In this document: positions 1 through 6,185 of the stretch, piece by piece
Numbering within the stretch: position 1 is the first letter of the stretch
How the letters are laid out: every line of letters begins with the position of its first letter
Assembly (NCBI GenBank): GCA_026401055.1
Contig: JAPLNP010000427.1
Location: forward strand, 1-10,040
DNA from: Planctomycetia bacterium
Lineage (GTDB): Bacteria; Planctomycetota; Planctomycetia; Pirellulales; Thermoguttaceae
Direction of reading: 5' to 3'
DNA length: 10,040 bases
Notes under the pieces: model-generated
The model's database searches: none
Told to the model about the DNA's origin: nothing
What the model saw: the letters and a program-made list of their open reading frames with translations, nothing else
Program-made: the position numbers and the translations under genes

Positions 1-224
1 CCGGCGACGTCACGAAGCAGGTTCGGCTGTTGACGACCCGCCACAGTTTCGTCCGCCGGCTCGCGAACGACAGCGGGCTGTTCGTGTACGAAGTGCCGGG
101 CGAGAAGGGGGACGTCCGCGGCGTTCTGCGGATCCGGCCGACCGGCGTGGTGAAGTCGAATGAGCCCTACCAGCGGTTCCACGTCGATTTGATGATGGAA
201 CGGCCGCAGCAGGGGAAGGGGTAG
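1..224 (+). CDS. 3' end of a protein-coding gene entering from upstream of the window (hypothetical protein; ...LANDSGLFVYEVPGEKGDVRGVLRIRPTGVVKSNEPYQRFHVDLMMERPQQGKG*)
   Basis: The frame starting at nt 3 is open to the window edge and stops at TAG 222-224. GC3 is about 90% and the amino-acid composition is protein-like. The antisense 10..639 ORF is Arg-rich junk. The TTG at 30 given in the ORF track is probably not the true start. Confidence 0.45.
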   Translation, partial: GDVTKQVRLLTTRHSFVRRLANDSGLFVYEVPGEKGDVRGVLRIRPTGVVKSNEPYQRFHVDLMMERPQQGKG

Positions 225-251
225 GGGTAGGGATTAGCGACTCCCGGCCGC

Positions 252-1286
252 TCAACCGTCGCTGGCCGGTTCGTGCTCGAAGTCCTTCCAGACCATCGGG
301 CGGCGATGGGTCGGCTCGATGCGGAGGATGACTTCGCCGTTCTGAAAGAGCCGCACGGTGCCGTTGGACTGGCTGACGGTGACGGCCACCGCCTTGGTCG
401 CTCGACTGATGGCCGCGGCGGCCCAATGCCTGGCGCCGAGCCCTTTGGAGAGGGTCAGGTTGTCGGCGGGCGAGTCGATGTAGCGGCAGGTGGCTTCGAC
501 GATGTTGTCGGCCGAGACGACGATCGCCCCGTCGAGCTGGGCGATCTCCTTGATGCCCTCGCGGACACGGGGGTCGTCCAGGTTGCGTTCCTTGCGGTTG
601 TAGCCGCGGACGGGATCGAAGCCGGCGGGATGGCTGCACGCGAGCACGTTTCGCGAATCGCCCACGACGAACATGGTCCCGATGGCGTGCCCCTCGCGGC
701 CGTCGCGGCCGATTTCGACGGCCAGATCGACGACGATTTTGAGCGTGTCCAGGGGGACGCGGGTTTCCAGTTGGCGAAGGTCGCGGCCGGTGAGGCGGTC
801 GAGGTGCTCCCCCAGATGAACCACGCTGACCGAATCGATCAGGTCCGGCTCGAATCCGCAGTAGACGACGACCACCGTGGCGCCCGGCGTGAGAATGTCA
901 TCGGCCACGGCTTCGAGCAGGGCCTGGGTAATCTGCTCGTAGATGGGGCTTTCGGGCATGTCGAGCAAGACGGATTCCAGGCCGGCCTCCTTCACGCCCG
1001 AGAGGATCCCCGACGTGTCGGCCGCGACGATGACCTTCTGGTTGCCGGCCAGACCCTTGATTCGCGGCCAATCGGCCACGCCTTCGGCCAGCAGCAGAAC
1101 GCTCTCGGCGCCGGTCGCCCCCGCCATGTCGACGGCCAACTGGAAGAGTGTCTTGAATCGGTCTGTCAGTCGCAGGGTCTTCATAACGGCGGGATTCGCG
1201 GGTTCGCGGGGCACCGGGCGACCCGTCGCCACGGGCAGCACGGGCTCGGTCGACAGCGAGGGCAACGTCATCAGGCCTTGGTCCAT
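252..1286 (-). CDS. Diadenylate cyclase (DAC/DisA_N) domain protein; c-di-AMP synthase-like C-terminal domain with an uncharacterised ~190-aa N-terminal domain. The start is uncertain: candidates are 1349 (TTG), 1316, 1286, 1271 and 1184 (all ATG except the first).
   Basis: The C-terminal ~130 aa carry DAC hallmarks: ...GTMFVVGD..., LDGAIVVS (the DGA motif), GARHWAAAAISRATKAVAVTVSQSNGTVRLFQNGEV (RHR-motif region, here RHW). It lies 14 nt downstream of the HEAT lipoprotein gene on the same strand, consistent with an operon. GAGGTG precedes the ATG at 1286; the longest ORF reaches 1349. Confidence 0.75.
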   Translation of the reverse strand: MDQGLMTLPSLSTEPVLPVATGRPVPREPANPAVMKTLRLTDRFKTLFQLAVDMAGATGAESVLLLAEGVADWPRIKGLAGNQKVIVAADTSGILSGVKEAGLESVLLDMPESPIYEQITQALLEAVADDILTPGATVVVVYCGFEPDLIDSVSVVHLGEHLDRLTGRDLRQLETRVPLDTLKIVVDLAVEIGRDGREGHAIGTMFVVGDSRNVLACSHPAGFDPVRGYNRKERNLDDPRVREGIKEIAQLDGAIVVSADNIVEATCRYIDSPADNLTLSKGLGARHWAAAAISRATKAVAVTVSQSNGTVRLFQNGEVILRIEPTHRRPMVWKDFEHEPASDG

Positions 1287-1363
1287 GGGCACCTCAACCG
1301 CCGTAATGTTAAGCATTTCCCGGTCCCGGAGCAAGCGCAAAGACGCCAAGAATCACGCGGCTC

Positions 1364-2104
1364 CTAGAAAATCTGTCGCAGCCGTTGGGCGATTGACGTG
1401 GAACCCGAGTCCGGCTCGGGAGTCTGGCCCTTGACGTACTGCTGCCAACGGTTCACGTCGTTGCCAAAATCCTTGCCCGTCACCTCGCGTAGCGACAGCA
1501 CCGCCCGATATTGCAGCGCGGGGTCCTGGTCCTCCAACGCGACGGCCAAACCGGCGACCGCGCCGGGGTCGCGGGTCTCTCCCAGCGCTCGCGCCGCCGC
1601 CAGCCGCACGTCGCCGTTGGTGTCGCTTCCGACACGCTCGCCCAAGAGCTTGACGGCTTCCGGCCCGCCGCGCCGGCCCCAGGCCTCGCACGCCGCCATG
1701 CGAACCTCCGACGACGAATCCTCCAGCGCGTTGCGGAGCACCATGGCGGCCTTCTCGGTCGGGTAACCGGCCAGCGTCCGGACAATCTGAGCCCGAAGAA
1801 GCGGGTCGGGTTCGTCGCGGATCTCGTCGGCCAACTCGCCCGAGGCCAGCTCCTGCTGGGCGGGGTTGGCCGTATGCGAGGTTCGCCCCAGCGCGCGCAA
1901 CTCGCGCATCCGCTCGTACGGCGGGGTGACGCCGACGACGCGTTCGGGCTTGGGCTGCCAAGGCATTCGCCAGGCACCGCCCCCCGGACCGCAGCACCCG
2001 GCCGCGCTGATGGCCATCGCGCCGCACGCGAGACACGCCAGCCCAAGGCCGATCGGGCCCCGACCGGTGGACTTTCGCCCCACACAACGGTCCGTCGTCG
2101 TCAT
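1364..2104 (-). CDS. HEAT-repeat (PBS lyase-like) lipoprotein
   Basis: Start ATG is the complement of 2102-2104, with GAGG about 9 nt upstream. N-terminus MTTTDRCVGRKSTGRGPIGLGLACLACGAMAISAAGC has a positive n-region, a hydrophobic core and a lipobox-like AAGC. Tandem D-P-x-VR-x-A-A-x-ALG repeats are typical of PBS-lyase HEAT repeats. The ORF-track extension up to 2404 is upstream read-through, not coding. Confidence 0.7.
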   Translation of the reverse strand: MTTTDRCVGRKSTGRGPIGLGLACLACGAMAISAAGCCGPGGGAWRMPWQPKPERVVGVTPPYERMRELRALGRTSHTANPAQQELASGELADEIRDEPDPLLRAQIVRTLAGYPTEKAAMVLRNALEDSSSEVRMAACEAWGRRGGPEAVKLLGERVGSDTNGDVRLAAARALGETRDPGAVAGLAVALEDQDPALQYRAVLSLREVTGKDFGNDVNRWQQYVKGQTPEPDSGSTSIAQRLRQIF

Positions 2105-2156
2105 ATCTTCGCCTCGCACTAACTCCTTGGCGGGGGACCCACGGATTCGAGGGCGG

Positions 2157-2165
2157 ACTATACCA
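2157..2165 (-). promoter_or_regulatory. Candidate extended -10 promoter element (TGG-TATAGT on the minus strand) for the HEAT/DAC operon
   Basis: The reverse complement of 2157-2165 reads TGGTATAGT, about 55 nt upstream of the ATG at 2104. There is no convincing -35. Planctomycete promoters are poorly defined. Confidence 0.3.
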
Positions 2166-2391
2166 AAGCTCCCCGAGTCACGCCAGGGCGAAGCGAGAAA
2201 ATGGGCGAGCCGTTCCCACGGCCCCCTCTTCCGTCCAGCTTGGGGGTTCGTTATGATGCGGTCAGCATCCGCGGGAGCAATAATCCGCATCGAGGTACGA
2301 ACCGCTTTCTGGGGCATCGCTGCCCCGAAAGTGATATCGAGCATCGCTTTCCCAAGACCGCCGGTGACCACCACGCACGGGGGAGAAGACC

Positions 2392-2901
2392 ATGCCGGAA
2401 CCACGAGACCACGCGGAGCATCGCGGCAGGATCGAAAGTGTCCTTCGCCACATCCCCGGCTTTCGAGGCTATCTCGAAAAGGAGTACCGCCGCGACAGCG
2501 ATGAACTGCAACGCGAGTGGCTCGCCAACCGCCTCCAACGCGCCAAGAAGGCCCTGGATGCCGCCGCCCGACCGCTGGCCGACGCGGGCGACATCGACCT
2601 ATTGCCCCAAATCGACCGCCTGCGAAGCCGCTTGGACAAGCTGATCTGGCAGTTCCGCAGCGCGATGCAGGGCTACAGCGGCTTCTTCGACCTGGTTCAG
2701 GTGGACGAGGCGGTGCTGGACTGCGTGTACCAACATGACGTCGACCTGATCGACGAGGTCCAGACGCTGGCCGAGGCGATCGAGGCGCTGCCCAAGCGGC
2801 CCGGCGGGCCGGCCGACGCGCTGCCCGAGCTGCTCAACCAAATCGACGACCTGGAGAGCCAGTGGCACGCGCGGACCGACATGCTCAAAGGACTGGACTA
2901 A
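2392..2901 (+). CDS. Hypothetical all-alpha/coiled-coil protein (169 aa), upstream partner of the SPFH gene
   Basis: ATG at 2392 preceded by GGGGGAGAAG; high GC3; stop TAA 2899-2901. I recognise no motifs. The heptad-like Leu/charge pattern suggests helices. Confidence 0.65.
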   Translation: MPEPRDHAEHRGRIESVLRHIPGFRGYLEKEYRRDSDELQREWLANRLQRAKKALDAAARPLADAGDIDLLPQIDRLRSRLDKLIWQFRSAMQGYSGFFDLVQVDEAVLDCVYQHDVDLIDEVQTLAEAIEALPKRPGGPADALPELLNQIDDLESQWHARTDMLKGLD

Positions 2902-2921
2902 GGATTGGCGAGGAAACAAGA

Positions 2922-3001
2922 GTCGCCTTTCGCTCCGCGAAAGTAGCGTGCTTGCCTTTCGCTTTGCGAAAGACCGCTGCTTTCGCGGAGCGAAAGGCGA
3001 C
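2922..3001. repeat. 80-bp perfect nested inverted-repeat element: three copies of the 17-bp palindrome CTTTCGC-NNN-GCGAAAG (2927-2943, 2956-2972, 2980-2996), the outer two inside a perfect 22-bp inverted repeat (2922-2943 / 2980-3001). Candidate operator array or RNA stem-loop cluster/terminator.
   Basis: Read directly: GTCGC CTTTCGC TCC GCGAAAG ... CTTTCGC TTT GCGAAAG ... CTTTCGC GGA GCGAAAG GCGAC. It lies between the stop of the 2392..2901 gene and the SD (GAAGGAG, 3012-3018) of the SPFH gene. No U-tract follows it. Confidence 0.6.
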
Positions 3002-3025
3002 ACTGCAACAGAAGGAGCCCCTACC

Positions 3026-4402
3026 ATGGCTATCCGCATGGAAGTCATTCAGTTTTTTGACGAGTCGAACCAGTCGATCGTCGAGCGCGTGCCCGCGTCG
3101 GGCTCGACCGACATCAAGCTCGGCGCCCAATTGATCGTCCAGGAGACCCAGGAGGCGATCTTCTTCCGCGAGGGCAAGGCCATGGACGCATTCCAGGCCG
3201 GCCGACACACGCTCACGACGGCCAACGTCCCGTTGATCACCCGGATACTCACCATCCCCTGGGAAAAATCGCCCTTCCAGTGCCAGGTCTACTTCATCGG
3301 CAAGCAAACGTTCCTCGACCAGAAATGGGGCACCCGGCAGCCGATCACCTTCCGCGACGCCGATTTCGGCATGGTGCGATTGCGGTGTTTCGGAAAATAC
3401 TCAATTCGGGTGGTCGATAGCCCGCTGCTGCTCAACACCCTGGTCGGCACCCAGGGCAAGTACACCACCGACGAGGTCTCGTCGTTTCTCAAGGACCTCA
3501 TCGTCGCCCGGATGACCGACCTCCTGGGCACGCTCAAGATGAGCATCCTGGACCTGCCGGCGAAGTACGACGAGATCGCGGCGGCCACCCGGGCGAAGGT
3601 CGCCGAGGAGTTCGCCAAGTACGGTCTGGAATTGGCCGACTTCTTCATCAACGCGATTACCCCGCCCGAAGAGGTCCAGAAAGCGATCGACACCCGAAGC
3701 GCGATGGGGGCGGTGGGCGACCTGAACGCCTTCATGAAGTTCCAGGCGGCCAACAGCATGGCGAAGCTGGCCGAGCAGGGTGGCGGGACCGGCGGCGCGA
3801 TGGGCATGGGCCTCGGCGCCGGCTTCGGCATGATGATGCCAGGCATGATCCAACAGGCAATGCAGCAAGGGGCCGCTCCGCCAGCCGGACCACAGCCGGG
3901 GGCGGCCGTGCCACAACCGGGAGCAGCCGGACCACAGCCGAGAGCGGCCGTGCCACAGGGCGGAGGGCCTGACTTCGGCAATCTGGCGCCAGCCACGACC
4001 GATCCGAGGGCGACGGTTCGTTCGGTGATTCAGGCGGCGGGCTACGCGCTGGTCGAGTCGGGTGATTCGTGGCAGGTGACCGTCCCGATCGGCAGCCTCC
4101 GCAAACAGAAGGTCACGATCCAGTTCGGCAAGACCGACCAGGAAGGCAACGCGATCGTCACCTACTGCTCGATCTGTGGGCCGGCCCTGGAACGCAACGC
4201 GATGTCGCTCTTGCGATACAACACCGAGATGCTCCATGGGGCATTCGCCGTGGTGAAGCAGGACGGGACCGAGATGGTGGTCCTCCAGGCCAATCAGGCG
4301 GCCGCCACGCTCGACCCGCTCGAAGTCAGCCGCGCGGTGTCCGCCATCGCCTGGCAGGCCGACCAGGTCGAACAGAAGCTCGGCGGCGGCGACGAGTATT
4401 GA
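3026..4402 (+). CDS. SPFH/Band-7 family protein of the YdjI-like (virion-core-protein-like) subgroup, with a Pro/Gly/Ala/Met-rich linker and a C-terminal YbjN-like (T3SS-chaperone-like fold) domain
   Basis: ATG 3026 with SD GAAGGAG. The N-terminal ~280 aa resemble B. subtilis YdjI from memory (e.g. [33 protein letters not shown] vs YdjI VRWGTKQPINLQDPRFGDVQLRAFGTYQFKIVD). Residues ~240-330 are low complexity ([40 protein letters not shown]). The C-terminal ~130 aa ([23 protein letters not shown]...[16 protein letters not shown]...) fit the YbjN-like pattern. The ORF-track start at 2948 is an upstream extension through the palindrome element. Confidence 0.85.
   Translation: MAIRMEVIQFFDESNQSIVERVPASGSTDIKLGAQLIVQETQEAIFFREGKAMDAFQAGRHTLTTANVPLITRILTIPWEKSPFQCQVYFIGKQTFLDQKWGTRQPITFRDADFGMVRLRCFGKYSIRVVDSPLLLNTLVGTQGKYTTDEVSSFLKDLIVARMTDLLGTLKMSILDLPAKYDEIAAATRAKVAEEFAKYGLELADFFINAITPPEEVQKAIDTRSAMGAVGDLNAFMKFQAANSMAKLAEQGGGTGGAMGMGLGAGFGMMMPGMIQQAMQQGAAPPAGPQPGAAVPQPGAAGPQPRAAVPQGGGPDFGNLAPATTDPRATVRSVIQAAGYALVESGDSWQVTVPIGSLRKQKVTIQFGKTDQEGNAIVTYCSICGPALERNAMSLLRYNTEMLHGAFAVVKQDGTEMVVLQANQAAATLDPLEVSRAVSAIAWQADQVEQKLGGGDEY
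3881..3964 (+). repeat. Imperfect 2-copy tandem repeat of 42 nt (14 aa: [14 protein letters not shown] / [14 protein letters not shown]) inside the SPFH protein linker
   Basis: CAGCCGGACCACAGCCG at 3882-3898 and again at 3924-3940. GCGGCCGTGCCACA is shared in each unit. About 35/42 identity. Confidence 0.6.
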
Positions 4403-4406
4403 TTCG

Positions 4407-4814
4407 TTACATCCCGCCGCTGTAGACCGCGTGGCAACGCGGCGTCTCCGAGAGACGCACCTCGACCACGGGGAATCCCTGCGAGGCGGCGTAGTCGTAG
4501 ATCGCTCGGGCGAGGTTCTCCGCCGTGGGATTGACCTCCAGCAGGAACATCGGTTCGCCCAGTTGCCTGAGAACGGGCACCGCGGGATCGTCCTGGCGAA
4601 GGATCATCTGGTGGTCGAGATGCTCGTCGATCCAGGCGCTCACCACCCGCTTGATGTCGCCGAAATCGAGGACCATTCCCCGTTGGTCCAGTTCCGACGC
4701 CTCGATCGTGATCAGCACGCGCCCATTGTGCCCATGAAGATGGGAGCACTTCCCCCGGTAGTCCAGCAGCCGGTGCCCATAGCAAAAGTCGATTTCCCGA
4801 GTCACGCGAAACAT
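4407..4814 (-). CDS. queD: 6-carboxy-5,6,7,8-tetrahydropterin synthase QueD (6-pyruvoyl-tetrahydropterin synthase family)
   Basis: MFRVTREIDFCYGHRLLDYRGKCSHLHGHNG... contains the Cys and HGH zinc/catalytic motif (CSHLHGH). The start ATG is the complement of 4812-4814, preceded by GAGAGG. It lies 32 nt downstream of queC on the same strand. The ORF-track 5' extension to 5075 is non-coding read-through. Confidence 0.88.
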   Translation of the reverse strand: MFRVTREIDFCYGHRLLDYRGKCSHLHGHNGRVLITIEASELDQRGMVLDFGDIKRVVSAWIDEHLDHQMILRQDDPAVPVLRQLGEPMFLLEVNPTAENLARAIYDYAASQGFPVVEVRLSETPRCHAVYSGGM

Positions 4815-4846
4815 GGCTAACCTCTCTATCGTCTGCCGAACACCGT

Positions 4847-5542
4847 CTACCGCTTGCCGTCTGCCGAATACCGCGTCGGATCGCGGGCGTTGATCGACCG
4901 AAACGCGGTCATCCGCTCGGCGCACTTGTTGCACGCGCCGCAGTGCAGGCCGTCGACCGGCGCGATGCAGGAGAACGTCCACTCCAGCGGCAGGTCGCGG
5001 CCCAACTCCATCACGCCGCGCTTGTCCAACTCGGCCAGCGGCCGGGTCAGGCGAATCGGGGCCGCCGGAGGGCAATTCAACGCCGCTTCGAGGTTCTCGA
5101 AGAACGGTGAGCGAGCGTCGTCAAACGGGCTGCTGCCCAGCACGCCCAGGGCCAACTCCCCGATGCCGCGCGTCTGGCACCACAGCGCCGCCTTGATCAC
5201 GAGCAAGGCGTTTCGGCCGGGCAGGTAGACGGCGTCGTCCGGGCTGGCCCCGTCGGGCACGGCCCTGCCCGTCACGCTCCAGTGTTCCCCATACAGATCA
5301 TCGAGGGGCAAGTCCAGGACGACCAACTCCGCCAGCCGGGGCGCGGCCATCGCTCGCAGAAACTGCGCGAGGGCGGCCATCTCTTCCCTTTGCCAGACCA
5401 AGCCCGAGCGGATATAGAATGGCTGAACCCGCTGTCCGTGGAAAAGCATATCCCCCAGTAGAATGGAACTATCCAGCCCGCCGCTCAGCAGAACGCCGAC
5501 CGTGCGGCCGGAATCCGGGCTTGGGTCGCCAGACGCTTGCAT
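4847..5542 (-). CDS. queC: 7-cyano-7-deazaguanine synthase QueC
   Basis: PP-loop VLLSGGLDSS near the N-terminus and the C-terminal zinc cluster C...CGACNKC. The start ATG is the complement of 5540-5542 (MQASGDPSP...). The ORF-track extension to 6196 is Arg-rich upstream read-through. Confidence 0.88.
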   Translation of the reverse strand: MQASGDPSPDSGRTVGVLLSGGLDSSILLGDMLFHGQRVQPFYIRSGLVWQREEMAALAQFLRAMAAPRLAELVVLDLPLDDLYGEHWSVTGRAVPDGASPDDAVYLPGRNALLVIKAALWCQTRGIGELALGVLGSSPFDDARSPFFENLEAALNCPPAAPIRLTRPLAELDKRGVMELGRDLPLEWTFSCIAPVDGLHCGACNKCAERMTAFRSINARDPTRYSADGKR

Positions 5543-5706
5543 GGGACGGGGGTGATGGAGTTGGCGGTGAATGCGCTCGGGCCGCACTAATTCTAGGTGC
5601 CGCGGGTACGGCTGAAAAGGGGGCGGTGGGACCCCACTGGGTAAGCTGATATTGTGGCCCGAACCCGGCACCGGTACACTCCGCCCTTCTACCTCCTCCT
5701 TAGCTC

Positions 5707-5721
5707 GTTCTCGTCGAGAAC
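5707..5721. promoter_or_regulatory. 15-bp palindrome GTTCTCG-T-CGAGAAC in the queC / 5828-gene divergent intergenic region (candidate operator)
   Basis: A 7-1-7 perfect inverted repeat read directly. It sits about 35 bp upstream of the candidate -35 of the plus-strand promoter and about 165 bp upstream of the queC ATG. Confidence 0.3.
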
Positions 5722-5756
5722 CTGGTCGAGCCCCCCTTCCCCGGGGATGTTTTTGC

Positions 5757-5785
5757 TTGCAATGAAAATCTGGGGTACTTAGAAT
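5757..5785 (+). promoter_or_regulatory. Candidate sigma70-type promoter for the 5828..8106 cluster: -35 TTGCAA (5757-5762), 17-nt spacer, -10 TAGAAT (5780-5785)
   Basis: Hexamers and spacing read directly. Predicted TSS about 5792, giving a ~35-nt leader with SD GAGGTGA before the ATG at 5828. Confidence 0.4.
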
Positions 5786-5827
5786 GAACGAAGGCCCCAG
5801 CCGTCCGCAATCCCTTCGAGGTGAGTC

Positions 5828-6178
5828 ATGAAGACGACGGTCCTGGGAACCGTGTTGGTTGGTTTGCTGGTGACGATCGTGGCGGGCGCGCTGCCCGAGG
5901 GGCGGGAGGCCGCCGCGCCGCCGCGGATGCCGGTGGTTCGCTCGGGCGTGGCGAGCGAGGGCATGATCGCGCTGGCCGAAACGGTCGAGGGAAAGTATCA
6001 GCAAGTGACCGTGATCGATCCCAAGCAGCAGGTGATGAGCGTCTACCACGTCGACTTGGCTTCCGGGGCGATCGAACTGCGAAGCGTTCGCAACATCCAC
6101 TGGGACTTGCAGATGTCGGACTTCAACGGCAAGAGCCCGCTCGCGCAAGAGATTCAAGCTATGGCGGAACAGAGGTGA
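5828..6178 (+). CDS. Small (116 aa) secreted or membrane-anchored hypothetical protein; N-terminal signal peptide/TM helix
   Basis: ATG 5828 with GAGGTGA 4-5 nt upstream. MKTTVLGTVLVGLLVTIVAGA is hydrophobic. High GC3. The overlapping ORF 5821..6381 in another frame is Arg-rich junk. Confidence 0.6.
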   Translation: MKTTVLGTVLVGLLVTIVAGALPEGREAAAPPRMPVVRSGVASEGMIALAETVEGKYQQVTVIDPKQQVMSVYHVDLASGAIELRSVRNIHWDLQMSDFNGKSPLAQEIQAMAEQR

Positions 6179-6185
6179 TTTTGGC

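Noticed and set aside
10-639. 209-aa minus-strand ORF (Arg/Pro-rich)
   Set aside because: Antisense to and overlapping both the terminal plus-strand CDS and the DAC gene. Its composition is typical of out-of-frame high-GC translation.
273-1367. 364-aa plus-strand ORF, and 943..1434 plus
   Set aside because: Mirror-strand shadows of the DAC gene. They have no motifs, and their Gly/Arg/Asp-rich composition suits antisense translation of GC-rich coding sequence.
1353-2122. Several overlapping ORFs (1353..2087 minus, 1480..2085 minus, 1398..1766 plus, 1511..2122 plus, 1866..2504 plus)
   Set aside because: Alternative frames or the opposite strand of the HEAT-repeat lipoprotein gene. Only the 1364..2104 minus frame has a signal peptide, HEAT repeats and an SD-linked ATG.
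2135-2165. tRNA-like T-loop match (reverse complement CTCGAATCCGTGGGTCCCCCGCCA)
   Set aside because: No complementary T-stem, no acceptor-stem partner 70 nt upstream, and the loop starts with C rather than T. A chance TCGAATCC match inside a promoter region.
2105-2404. 5' extension of the HEAT gene ORF up to 2404, and ORFs 2201..2644 plus, 2251..2538 minus and 2262..2453 minus
   Set aside because: The ATG at 2104 has an SD and a signal peptide immediately after it. The upstream part is a divergent promoter region. The small ORFs there have no SD or coding bias and overlap the 2392 gene out of frame.
2599-3307. Minus-strand ORFs 2599..3048 and 2885..3307, plus 2862..3134 plus, spanning the palindrome element
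   Set aside because: They run antisense or out of frame to the well-supported 2392 and 3026 genes. Their apparent openness is partly due to the palindromic sequence.
3289-4237. Minus-strand ORFs 3289..3996, 3401..4237 and 3732..3956 inside the SPFH gene
   Set aside because: Antisense to a gene with a recognised SPFH homology pattern. Their Ala/Pro/Gly/Arg-rich composition is a GC artefact.
4294-4820. ORFs 4294..4785 minus, 4431..4820 plus, 4525..4737 plus and 4069..4425 plus
   Set aside because: They overlap queD and the SPFH 3' end in wrong frames or the wrong strand. queD is identified by its CxxxHGH motif.
5600-5700. Possible preQ1-I riboswitch in the queC leader (CCUAGAAUUAGUG segment)
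   Set aside because: It lacks the conserved A-rich 3' tail and the 5-bp P1 hairpin geometry. The resemblance is limited to a CUAG tetranucleotide.
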